Assembly (NCBI GenBank): GCA_049286765.1
Contig: JBAQEN010000826.1
Coordinates: 1-27,700, forward strand
Origin: Methylococcaceae bacterium
GTDB lineage: Bacteria; Pseudomonadota; Gammaproteobacteria; Methylococcales; Methylomonadaceae
Direction of reading: 5' to 3'
Length of the DNA stretch: 27,700 nucleotides
The translations under genes were made by a program, and so were the position numbers. The notes beneath the pieces were generated by a model. It saw nothing but the letters and a program-made list of their open reading frames with translations, did not search any database and was not told the DNA's origin. Numbering within the stretch: the stretch's first letter is position 1; each line of letters begins with the position of its first letter. Shown here piece after piece: positions 14,128 to 22,980 of this stretch.

Positions 14128-16050
14128 ATGAATATCCACAACTTGCAAAAATTACTTCTTTTGAGTATTTGTGCTTTTGCAGGCGATTTTATACGAGCAG
14201 ACGTTACTCAACCGGCGCAAGAGCAAATACTTGCTCCAGGCTATGGAAGTCTGCAATTCACCGCGCCGGAGCCTGGTACGTACAATCTGCCGGTATTGGG
14301 TACAGCTGCTGATGGCATGGTGCTTGATTCGCAAGGAAAAACTATTAAATTGCATAGTTTAATGGGCGATAAAGTGGTATTACTCAGTTTTATTTATTCT
14401 ACCTGCAGTGATGTCAACGGCTGCCCGTTAGCAACGTCGGTATTGCACAAGATTAAAAATCGCTTGAAGAAAGAGCCGGAAATAGCCGGCAAATTACGGC
14501 TGGTAACATTAAGTTTCAATCCCGAACATGATACGCCTGAGATGATGCAGCGCTATGGACAGGAGCTGCAAGGCAAAGGTGTTGAATGGCGCTTTTTGAC
14601 CACCCGGTCTGAACTGGATTTAAAGCCGATATTGGATCACTACAAGCAAAATATACAAAAAGTATATGATGCTCAGGGCAAGTTTACCGGCACTTTTTCG
14701 CATATTCTACGCGTTTACCTGATCGACAAAAACAAACAGCTGCGCAATATCTATAGTGTTGCATTTTTACACCCTGATACACTGATTAATGATATCAAGA
14801 CATTGTTGCAAGCTGAGCCGAAACAGGCAATGCCCCATGTTGGCGGGCAAAAAAGCGCAGCCCGCCCTACTGACCTTTATTCTGCGGGTGACAATAAATC
14901 GAATTACGAACAGCTTGCTTATCAAACAAGTTCTATTGCGTTGACCGACCGGGTAGGTCGAGCAACGAATTTACTCAAAACCGTAAAAAAACCGCCATTA
15001 GGCCTTCCTGCCGTGCCTGTACCGGTAAACAATCCACTGACTAAAGAAAAAATTAGCTTGGGGAGAAAGCTGTTTTATGACCGCCGCCTGTCACTCAACA
15101 ACACCTTTTCCTGCGCTATGTGCCATATTCCTGAACAGGGTTTTACCAGCAATGAAATGGCAACAGCAGTCGGCATTGAAGGGCGGACCGTAAGGCGCAA
15201 TTCGCCCACTTTATACAATATCGCTTATGCCCAATCGCTGTTTCATGATAGCCGTGAAACGACCTTGGAACAGCAAGTCTGGGGGCCATTATTAGCCCAT
15301 AATGAAATGGCTAATCCGTCTATTGGTTACGTTATCGAAAAGATCAACAACAGTGCGGATTACAACGGCCTGTTTAAACAGGCATTCAACAAAGAACCGG
15401 GCATGGAAACCATCGGCATGGCGATTGCCAGTTATGAACGGACGCTAAATTCGGCCAATTCACCCTTTGATCGCTGGTATTACGGAAAAGATAAGAAGGC
15501 GCTGGATGAGAAAGCGCAGCGCGGCTTTCAATTGTTTAACGGCAAGGCCAACTGTTCCAGTTGCCACACAATCAAATCGGACTATGCCCTGTTTACCGAT
15601 AATGGCAACCATAATACTGGCATTGTTTATGCTAAAGCCATGGGTAAAACAGATAAAACGCAGCGGGTACAGGTTGCCCCCGGCGTTTATGTTGATGTCG
15701 CAACTGCGCTAACTACAACGGTGTCGGAAACAAAACCTAATGATCTCGGCCGCTATGAAATAACCCAAAATCCACAAGATCGCTGGCAATATAAAACCCC
15801 ATCGTTACGTAATATCAGTTTGACTGCGCCGTATATGCACAACGGTTCTTTGCAATCCCTGCAACAAGTGGTTGAGTTTTATAATCGCGGCGGCATAGCC
15901 AATGAAAATTTGGATCCTTTAATAAAGCCATTAAATTTAACCAGCCAGGAAATGGATGATTTAACCGCTTTTTTAAATAGTTTGACTGGCGATAATGTGC
16001 AGGAACTGGTTGCTGACGCATTTGCCGTGCCGGTTGGGGATACTGAGTAA
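14128..16050 (+). CDS. Secreted fusion protein: SCO1/SenC-like thioredoxin-fold domain plus diheme cytochrome c peroxidase/MauG-family domain
   Basis: Signal peptide is MNIHNLQKLLLLSICAFAGDFIRA, with a GAGG RBS 5-6 nt upstream. The SCO-like region (about res 40-230) has VVLLSFIYSTCSDVNGCPLA (Cys93/Cys99) and a downstream FSHILRVYLID. A linker of about 60 aa follows. The CCP region has heme motifs CAMCH (329-333) and CSSCH (476-480), plus PSLRNISLTAPYMHNGS. Confidence 0.85.
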   Translation: MNIHNLQKLLLLSICAFAGDFIRADVTQPAQEQILAPGYGSLQFTAPEPGTYNLPVLGTAADGMVLDSQGKTIKLHSLMGDKVVLLSFIYSTCSDVNGCPLATSVLHKIKNRLKKEPEIAGKLRLVTLSFNPEHDTPEMMQRYGQELQGKGVEWRFLTTRSELDLKPILDHYKQNIQKVYDAQGKFTGTFSHILRVYLIDKNKQLRNIYSVAFLHPDTLINDIKTLLQAEPKQAMPHVGGQKSAARPTDLYSAGDNKSNYEQLAYQTSSIALTDRVGRATNLLKTVKKPPLGLPAVPVPVNNPLTKEKISLGRKLFYDRRLSLNNTFSCAMCHIPEQGFTSNEMATAVGIEGRTVRRNSPTLYNIAYAQSLFHDSRETTLEQQVWGPLLAHNEMANPSIGYVIEKINNSADYNGLFKQAFNKEPGMETIGMAIASYERTLNSANSPFDRWYYGKDKKALDEKAQRGFQLFNGKANCSSCHTIKSDYALFTDNGNHNTGIVYAKAMGKTDKTQRVQVAPGVYVDVATALTTTVSETKPNDLGRYEITQNPQDRWQYKTPSLRNISLTAPYMHNGSLQSLQQVVEFYNRGGIANENLDPLIKPLNLTSQEMDDLTAFLNSLTGDNVQELVADAFAVPVGDTE

Positions 16051-16079
16051 TCACGGCTTATGTCGTCGACGTTAAGCAT

Positions 16080-17033
16080 TTATAGCCAGCCCTTGCGTTT
16101 AAAAAACCAATAAGGCGCGATCCCCGCCAAAAACATTATGCCCAATGCGCCAGGATAGCCCAATTTCAGATTGAGTTCCGGCATATATTGAAAATTCATG
16201 CCATAAATACTGGCCACTAAAGTTGGCGGCAGAAATACCACGGCAGCAATGGAAAAGATTTTGATAATTTTGTTCTGGGCGATATTGATAAATCCCTGAG
16301 TCGAGTCCATCAAGAAATTGATCTTATCAAACAGAAAGGTCGTATGTGACATCAGCGTATCGACGTCGCGGATAATCTCCCTCGCAGTTTCCTGCAACTC
16401 GGGATTATTGCGCAGATGTCTTTGTAAAAAAGAGATTGAACGTTGCGTATCCATTAAACATAAACGAATCTTGCCGTTGCTGTCTTCCAGTTTGGCCAGA
16501 CGGTCAATGGCATCTTCAAGATCGGAATCTATTTCTTCCAGCACCAGATAACTGACATCTTCCAATTTACGATGAATGTCCTCGATGGCATCCGCGAGAT
16601 TTTCCACTTTCTGCTCAAACATAATAACTAGCAGATGTTGAGGCGTATGAACTTTTATCTGTCCGCGCCGGACACGCATTCTTAACAGGCGAAAATCAGC
16701 CAGTTCGCCTTCACGTAATGTTATCAGCCGCTCATTTTGCAAAATAAACGCCACCGTGACGGTATTATGCCGGCCCTCGCTTTGGGTAAGAAACAGGGAA
16801 CGCACATGAATCCCGGCGGTATCGGTAAAGTACCGCGCTGAAAATTCGATTTCCTCAACATCATCCGATTCCGGTAGCGCTGTGCTCAGAAAAGCTTGCA
16901 ACTGAGTACGCTCATCATCGCTGGGTTCGTGGGCATCAATCCAGGCCGCTATTGCTACCGCTTGTTCGAACAGATCTTCAGACAATACCTGTTCTTTAAG
17001 CATACCCTTATCGATATTGAATAGCCGCAACAT
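16080..17033 (-). CDS. corA: CorA-family divalent metal ion transporter
   Basis: 317 aa with an acidic N-terminal cytoplasmic domain. Two C-terminal TM segments flank the YGMNFQYMPE (GMN) signature. The basic C-terminus is KRKGWL. Confidence 0.9.
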   Translation of the reverse strand: MLRLFNIDKGMLKEQVLSEDLFEQAVAIAAWIDAHEPSDDERTQLQAFLSTALPESDDVEEIEFSARYFTDTAGIHVRSLFLTQSEGRHNTVTVAFILQNERLITLREGELADFRLLRMRVRRGQIKVHTPQHLLVIMFEQKVENLADAIEDIHRKLEDVSYLVLEEIDSDLEDAIDRLAKLEDSNGKIRLCLMDTQRSISFLQRHLRNNPELQETAREIIRDVDTLMSHTTFLFDKINFLMDSTQGFINIAQNKIIKIFSIAAVVFLPPTLVASIYGMNFQYMPELNLKLGYPGALGIMFLAGIAPYWFFKRKGWL

Positions 17034-17665
17034 TAGCGTGTCTCCATTATTATTTGTCTGATTTTAAGCAATACTTGCTGTTGTTGTTCCGAAGAAAGCT
17101 GGTTAAATTCTTTTTCAAATTCAGCCAAACTGTAGGCGGCTTCGCTATCTGATATGCCAAGACCGCAATCAGCAAATACATGCTTAATGGGTTCTGCTGC
17201 ATTATCCAGCGGGATTGAGCTGGATAGAACTGTCCGAATCATCGTGTTGACGCGAATGAAAACGGCCTTCCCTGTCAACAAATCATCAGCGATGCCTTTG
17301 GCGAACTCGATGGTATAGCCTTTGCGCTTTGAGTCAGGGAATGTTTTCATTGGAACCGTAATAGCAGTTTTTTTATCAATTTGATATTCCAAATCAAAGC
17401 TGCTGTTCTGTGAGGCAATCAAGTTGTCCGCATCGATAACGGCTTGCAATTTGTTTTCTTTGCAAACGATTTCCAGCCTGAGGTTGTCATAAAGACCAGG
17501 GCGCGGCAGGGGGGATTGCGCAAAGCTATAAGTCAGATTGGTTAAACTGTCGTTTTCTTGATGATAATTCCAGGTATCAGCGGCCAATGAATTAACCGGT
17601 AAAACTATTAAAAGCGCTAAAATTATTGCTGGTCCACGATTACCGAAAAAACGGCAGTGTTTCAT
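17033..17665 (-). CDS. Secreted protein of unknown function, start/stop-overlapped with corA
   Basis: 210 aa with the Sec-type signal MKHCRFFGNRGPAIILALLIVLPVNSLA-AD. There are two Cys in the mature part and a Gln-rich helical tail. I recognise no family. Its TAA stop shares one nucleotide with the corA ATG (TAATG at 17031-17035). Confidence 0.6.
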   Translation of the reverse strand: MKHCRFFGNRGPAIILALLIVLPVNSLAADTWNYHQENDSLTNLTYSFAQSPLPRPGLYDNLRLEIVCKENKLQAVIDADNLIASQNSSFDLEYQIDKKTAITVPMKTFPDSKRKGYTIEFAKGIADDLLTGKAVFIRVNTMIRTVLSSSIPLDNAAEPIKHVFADCGLGISDSEAAYSLAEFEKEFNQLSSEQQQQVLLKIRQIIMETR

Positions 17666-18292
17666 TATTATCCCCTGTTAGTATTGAGCGAATTTTTGCT
17701 TTAACTTAAGTGAGTTCTGACCAACTGCTTTCTGTAGCAGTATTACTCCTTGTGATTGTACCGGATTATGGATAGGGCAGAAAATCAATAAGGATAGCGG
17801 AAATATTGCAATGCCACTTTTATATTAATAAACCATTGATTTATTATGAATATAAGGCGCGCATGTGTAAAGGTATAACTAATTTGTACTCAACTCACCG
17901 AATATCTCGAAAGAATTCGAACCTGAAAAAAATACGTTTGAATTAGGTAGCTGAAATTAATCAACTCAGCATTCATGTTAACTCTGACTATTATTCACTA
18001 TGATCAAACGAAATCTTTGGTATCAGGCAAGTTCATTTGGAAATTAATTGTTATAGGTTGCGCGATACCGAGTGTTGTATGGGAGTTGGATAAGGAAAAT
18101 CATTAGGAATGAATTAAAAAGTTTGGGGTAATCAGTTTAGAATACCATGCAGAGCTTTAAAGCCATTTCACGCAAGCTGCTGATAGGTTGGCATCTTATT
18201 TTTGCAGCTAAAACGTGTGGATGAGCTTTATTAACGAACCATGCTCAAATACAAACTCCGAAATTTATGTTTCTACTATCTTAACCATCATT

Positions 18293-18928
18293 ATGTTTGA
18301 TTATCAAAAAGACTTCATTGCTTATGCCCTGGATTGCGGCGTATTAAAATTTGGTGAGTTCCTGTTAAAGTCAGGTCGCACCAGCCCTTATTTTTTCAAT
18401 ACCGGTATGTTCAATACTGGCGCCCGCTTAAGTAAACTGGGACAGTTTTACGCACAGGCCTTGCTTCATTCCGGAATTAAACCGGATATTCTTTACGGCC
18501 CTGCATACAAAGGAATTCCTCTGGTTAGCGCAACAGCTATTGCTTATGCCCAGTTAAGTGCTGAAGATATTCCTTTTGTTTTTAACCGTAAAGAAGCCAA
18601 AGATCACGGTGAAGGAGGCAACCTTGTGGGCGCTTCGTTACAAGGCAAGGTAATCATTGTTGATGACGTGATAACTGCGGGCACTTCAGTCAGAGAATCA
18701 GTGGACATTATCCGGAATGCCAATGCTACGCCGGTAGGTGTATTGATTGCTCTGGACAGGCAGGAAAGGGGACAAAATAATATTTCCGCCATTCAGGAAG
18801 TTCGAGACAGTTTTAATATCCCAGTCATCGCAATAATTACACTGGAGAACATTATTGACTATTTAACAATTGGTGCCGGTGATGCGCTCAATTCCATAAA
18901 AGAATATCAACACCTTTATGGTATTTAG
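18293..18928 (+). CDS. pyrE: Orotate phosphoribosyltransferase
   Basis: [36 protein letters not shown] is a canonical PyrE N-terminus. The PRPP loop is [14 protein letters not shown] use the internal ATG at 18293 rather than the ORF-track start at 18215. Confidence 0.93.
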   Translation: MFDYQKDFIAYALDCGVLKFGEFLLKSGRTSPYFFNTGMFNTGARLSKLGQFYAQALLHSGIKPDILYGPAYKGIPLVSATAIAYAQLSAEDIPFVFNRKEAKDHGEGGNLVGASLQGKVIIVDDVITAGTSVRESVDIIRNANATPVGVLIALDRQERGQNNISAIQEVRDSFNIPVIAIITLENIIDYLTIGAGDALNSIKEYQHLYGI

Positions 18929-19069
18929 ATTACTTGGAACCTTCCAGTCCCTAACAATATAGCTTTTACAATCCAAAAGTTATTAGGATATGGACTACAA
19001 TTGCTAGTCGATGCCCTTAAGATAATTTTTCGACCCGCTGGCAAAATTGTGTAAGTAAAAAGGCTTGTG

Positions 19070-21043
19070 ATGAGGAATCAGGAATTTAAAGAGAAAATTC
19101 ACGAATACACGCTATGGCGTACAAAGTTGATACACTCGTTAGGAATGTATCATCAATGGCGTAATCGCTATGGTATGAATGATTCTCAGAGTATTAATAC
19201 CATTTTGAATATTCTCACCGTCCTGGAATCCGATCGTATTACACTGGCTTTCGTTGCGGAATATTCCCGAGGGAAAACTGAGCTGATTAACGCATTATTT
19301 TTTGCCGAAACCGGCGTAAGATTGCTTCCCTCTGCTCCGGGTCGCACTACGATGTCGCCAACAGAGTTATTTTATGATGAAGCAGGTGGCAGTTATATTC
19401 GGTTGCTGGCTATAGAAACCCGGCTTGAAGATATTTCATTGGCTGAATTAAAACAAAAACCGGAGCGGTGGGTTCAGTTCAAACTTGACAGCGATTCACC
19501 AGCACAAATGCAGGAAGCCTTTAAGGAACTCGTCGCAACAAAAAAAGTAGACAGGCAACTTGCCGGTAAACTCGGTTTATGGAATCAACGAGAGGCAACT
19601 GCGCAAGGCATTATCAATCCTGATAAAGTGGAAATACCCTGCTGGCGTCATGCATTAATCAGTTTTCCACACCCTTTGCTAAAACAGGGCTTAACAATTA
19701 TTGATACACCCGGCTTAAATGCACTAGGAACTGAACCTGAATTAACCTTAAACATGTTACCTAGCGCCCAAGCAATCATTTTTGTCCTCGCAGCAGATAC
19801 CGGCGTAACTAAAAGCGATCTGGAAATATGGCTTACCCATATTTGCCGCGCTCATGGCAGAAAAACGCAAGGTTTAGCCGTAGTTATGAATAAAATTGAT
19901 GCCATGTGGGATGACCAGCTTGACGGAGCAAATAACTATGAACAGTCTATTCAATCTCAAGTTAGAGCATCAGCTGCTATTTTAAAAATCAACGAAAATT
20001 CGATTTTTCCCGTTTCAGCCAAACAAGCGCTGATAGCCAAAGTTAAAGCTGATAAGGCTTTGCTTATAAGAAGCCGGTTAGCGCCATTAGAAAATTACCT
20101 TGCCAGCAATATATTAACTCAGAAACGCAACATTCTGATGGAGACTGTCGTTCGTGATATTGGATTTTTACTTAATGAATCTGCAAATTTAACGGAAAGG
20201 TCATTTTTGCATGCAGTGAGTCAACTTGAGGAATTCAAAAAAATAGATTTTCAAAATCAGGATATGAGTGGGAAATTGATGGCTGAAACCCGTGACAGAC
20301 ATAATATATACAGAGCAAATGTTGAAAACTTTCAGGCGAGCCGCCGGATTTTTATTGTTCAGGCCAAGATGCTGATTGATTCATTTGCCCACGAAAAAGT
20401 AGATACGATCATTGCCAACGCTAAATATGAAATAGCAAAGAGTCTGACCACTTATGGCATGAAACAAAACATCCGCAAATTATTCGATGATCTGCAAGAT
20501 TTGTTACAGAACGGTATAGATGTTACCAATGAAACGCGTCGCCTGGTTAAAGTCATACACAAAAAATTTAAGGAAGAATATGGCTTTAAAGAAATCGAAC
20601 CGCAATTATTTTATATTAAGCCCTATCAAATTGAGCTGGAGCAGATTTTTGCTGAAGGCGAAGCTTTTCGAACCAGTACCAGACTTACAATGACGGAGCA
20701 AGGCGTTGTTATTGAAAAGCTTTACAGCACACTTATTGCCAAAGCCAGAATTATTCTCAGGCAGGTACATGCCGATGCAATAACATGGAGCAATGGGGTT
20801 TTAACACCGCTAATGTATCAAATTAAAGATCATAAAAAGCAAATTGAAAATCGATTACTGATACTGAAAAAAATTAGTGAATCAAAATGCAATGTTGCAG
20901 AAAATATTTCTGCACTTGAGGCAGAACTTGAGCCATTAAAGCAGCAGCGGGATGAGCTCACAATGATGATCAGATCAATGGAACTGGATACCCATTTGTC
21001 AGAATACGGATCAAAAAATAGGGATTCGGAATTGATTATTTGA
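19070..21043 (+). CDS. Bacterial dynamin-like GTPase (dynamin family protein)
   Basis: G1 is VAEYSRGKTELINALF, G2 region GRTTMSPTEL, G3 DTPGLNALG and G4 MNKID. A helical, coiled-coil-like stalk of about 330 aa follows. The ATG at 19070 directly follows the GTG at 19067. Confidence 0.85.
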   Translation: MRNQEFKEKIHEYTLWRTKLIHSLGMYHQWRNRYGMNDSQSINTILNILTVLESDRITLAFVAEYSRGKTELINALFFAETGVRLLPSAPGRTTMSPTELFYDEAGGSYIRLLAIETRLEDISLAELKQKPERWVQFKLDSDSPAQMQEAFKELVATKKVDRQLAGKLGLWNQREATAQGIINPDKVEIPCWRHALISFPHPLLKQGLTIIDTPGLNALGTEPELTLNMLPSAQAIIFVLAADTGVTKSDLEIWLTHICRAHGRKTQGLAVVMNKIDAMWDDQLDGANNYEQSIQSQVRASAAILKINENSIFPVSAKQALIAKVKADKALLIRSRLAPLENYLASNILTQKRNILMETVVRDIGFLLNESANLTERSFLHAVSQLEEFKKIDFQNQDMSGKLMAETRDRHNIYRANVENFQASRRIFIVQAKMLIDSFAHEKVDTIIANAKYEIAKSLTTYGMKQNIRKLFDDLQDLLQNGIDVTNETRRLVKVIHKKFKEEYGFKEIEPQLFYIKPYQIELEQIFAEGEAFRTSTRLTMTEQGVVIEKLYSTLIAKARIILRQVHADAITWSNGVLTPLMYQIKDHKKQIENRLLILKKISESKCNVAENISALEAELEPLKQQRDELTMMIRSMELDTHLSEYGSKNRDSELII

Positions 21044-21159
21044 ATTTCACACAATGGTTGAGATGAAATTTAACCGGTTATTCATTATTGATAATGGGAT
21101 GGATGATAACAAGTTTCTCCGATTGACAGCGCTATTCTAAGCGCCATAATTAAAACGGT

Positions 21160-21846
21160 TCATACCATGTGCCCTGAGTCCAGTTTGATAGTGCGTTGAC
21201 ATCGCACCGCCAAAGTGTGATCGTGTGTCACCAGGATCAATGTTGTTTTGTTTTCTTTATTCAACTCAAACAGTAAATTAATGATGGTTGCGCCGGTTTT
21301 ACTGTCCAGATTGCCTGTCGGTTCATCTGCAAAAAGAATCGCGGGTCGGGTGACAAAAGCCCTGGCAAGGGCTACACGTTGTTGTTCGCCGCCTGAAAGT
21401 TGTTTGGGCGTATGTGATAAACGATGCGACAAGCCAACTCTATGCAATAAAGCGCTAGCTAAGGCTTTAGCATTTTTATCTCCTCTTAATTCCAGAGGCA
21501 GCATGACATTTTCCAATGCTGTGAGTCCATGCAATAATTGAAATGACTGAAACACAAAACCAATCAACTCATTACGCATGGCAGCCCTGCCATCTTCATT
21601 CATCGCAGTTAATAGTTTTCCGTTAAGGTGAATTGATCCAGAGCTAGGCGTGTCCAATCCTGCCAGCAGGCTTATTAACGTGGATTTTCCTGAACCTGAT
21701 TCGCCAACAATGGCAATACTTTCACCCGATTTGATTAGCAAATCTATCGATGACAAGATATTTAGCGTCCCATCCGAAGTTACTACCGATTTACCCAGAT
21801 TTTCCGTTACTATAATGGGGTTTAATGTATCTTTTGGAGTATGCAT
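21160..21846 (-). CDS. ybbA: ABC transporter ATP-binding protein (YbbA/LolD-like)
   Basis: Walker A GESGSGKST, signature LSGGEQQRVALARA, Walker B ILFADEPTGNLD and H-loop THD are present. It is divergent from a tesA-like gene, as in E. coli. I prefer the ATG at 21846-21844 (MHTPKDTL...); the ORF-track start at 21906 is possible. Confidence 0.8.
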   Translation of the reverse strand: MHTPKDTLNPIIVTENLGKSVVTSDGTLNILSSIDLLIKSGESIAIVGESGSGKSTLISLLAGLDTPSSGSIHLNGKLLTAMNEDGRAAMRNELIGFVFQSFQLLHGLTALENVMLPLELRGDKNAKALASALLHRVGLSHRLSHTPKQLSGGEQQRVALARAFVTRPAILFADEPTGNLDSKTGATIINLLFELNKENKTTLILVTHDHTLAVRCQRTIKLDSGHMV

Positions 21847-21847
21847 A

Positions 21848-22450
21848 ATGCCTGGTTTTTTAGTTGCCTTGATAATTTCCTTAATGTCTATGACTGCTAT
21901 GGCCAAGTCGATAGTTGTATTAGGAGATAGTATCAGCGCTGGTTACGGAATTGAAGTAGACCAGAGTTGGGTTGCTTTGTTACAAAAAAAGCTGGTTAAA
22001 TCAAACAGCGACTATAAAATCATCAATGAAAGCATCAGCGGCGATACCAGCGCCGGTGGTTTGGCGCGTATCGACCGGATTTTAGCCGCACAAGCCCCCG
22101 CAATACTTTTAATTCAACTGGGCGCAAATGACGGTTTACGCGGTTTGTCACCGGTACAGATGAAAGACAATCTGGCCGAGATGACACGCCGCGCCCAGAA
22201 AGCGGGCGCAAAAGTCATGTTGCTGGGCATGAAAATTCCACCTAATTACGGAAAGCGCTACGTTGATATGTTTTACAACGTTTATCCTCAATTGGCTAAA
22301 GAGCTGGAAGTTCCGTTTGTGCCCTTTTTTCTCGAAGATATCGCGTTGGATAAGGATTTGATGCAAGTGGACGGGCTGCATCCCAATGCCAAAGCACAAC
22401 CGATTATTGCTGGCATAATAGAATCTTATCTTTTCCCGCTATTAAAATAA
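21848..22450 (+). CDS. tesA: SGNH/GDSL hydrolase, TesA-like thioesterase I / lysophospholipase L1
   Basis: Signal-like N-terminus is MPGFLVALIISLMSMTAMA. SGNH blocks are VLGDSISAGYG, GANDG and DGLHPN. The start is taken at 21848, because the longer ORF-track N-terminus is antisense to the ABC ATPase. Confidence 0.85.
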   Translation: MPGFLVALIISLMSMTAMAKSIVVLGDSISAGYGIEVDQSWVALLQKKLVKSNSDYKIINESISGDTSAGGLARIDRILAAQAPAILLIQLGANDGLRGLSPVQMKDNLAEMTRRAQKAGAKVMLLGMKIPPNYGKRYVDMFYNVYPQLAKELEVPFVPFFLEDIALDKDLMQVDGLHPNAKAQPIIAGIIESYLFPLLK

Positions 22451-22463
22451 CCCAGGGTCACTA

Positions 22464-22892
22464 ATGACAGTATTAACATTGAAACAAGCCAATTTTATAA
22501 TAAACACTGCTATTCATATAGCGAGAGAATTAAATTTGGCCCCGCTGACTGTGGTGGTGCTGGATGCCGCCGGTCATGTTAAAGCCATGCAAAGAGAAGA
22601 TGGCGCGAGTATGATCAGACAACAAATTGCTACAGCAAAAGCGTGGGGTGCGGTTAACATGGGGGTATCATCACGCAGCTTGGCGGGGGTGGCAGCGCAA
22701 CGCCCCGATTTTATGAATGCGTTGATCGATGTAGCCGATGGAAAAATAATGCCGGTTCCAGGCGGCGTATTGATTCGTGATGCCGACAATAATCTCGTCG
22801 GCGCAGTCGGAATTAGTGGCGATGTATCTGATCAGGATGAGCGTTGTGCGATTGCAGGCATAGAGGCGACTGGATTTTTTGCGGGGATTTGA
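22464..22892 (+). CDS. GlcG/HbpS-like (DUF336) heme-binding family protein
   Basis: 142 aa. LTVVVLDAAGHVKAMQREDGA, IATAKAWGAV, PVPGGVLI and GAVGISGDVSDQDERCAIAG fit the DUF336 pattern as I recall it. Confidence 0.75.
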   Translation: MTVLTLKQANFIINTAIHIARELNLAPLTVVVLDAAGHVKAMQREDGASMIRQQIATAKAWGAVNMGVSSRSLAGVAAQRPDFMNALIDVADGKIMPVPGGVLIRDADNNLVGAVGISGDVSDQDERCAIAGIEATGFFAGI

Positions 22893-22980
22893 ATTAATAA
22901 ACGGCTTGTCTCCCAACTGATGTATCTTATTGGCTTTACGCAATCACAAGCAACCTTCATTAACAATTGAGACCGTAGAC

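Noticed and set aside
17913-17923. GGTTCGAATTC on the minus strand, resembling a tRNA T-loop
   Set aside because: The flanking bases cannot form the T stem or an acceptor stem. It is just an EcoRI-site palindrome. I found no tRNA-like cloverleaf anywhere in the intergenic regions.
18215-18292. 26-codon N-terminal extension of the pyrE ORF (GTG start)
   Set aside because: Canonical PyrE begins at MFDYQKDF. The extension is AT-rich with odd composition and no RBS.
21650-21847. 66-codon N-terminal extension of the tesA ORF
   Set aside because: It is the antisense frame of the ABC ATPase Walker A region, and such frames are commonly open. The signal peptide and SGNH fold start at 21848.
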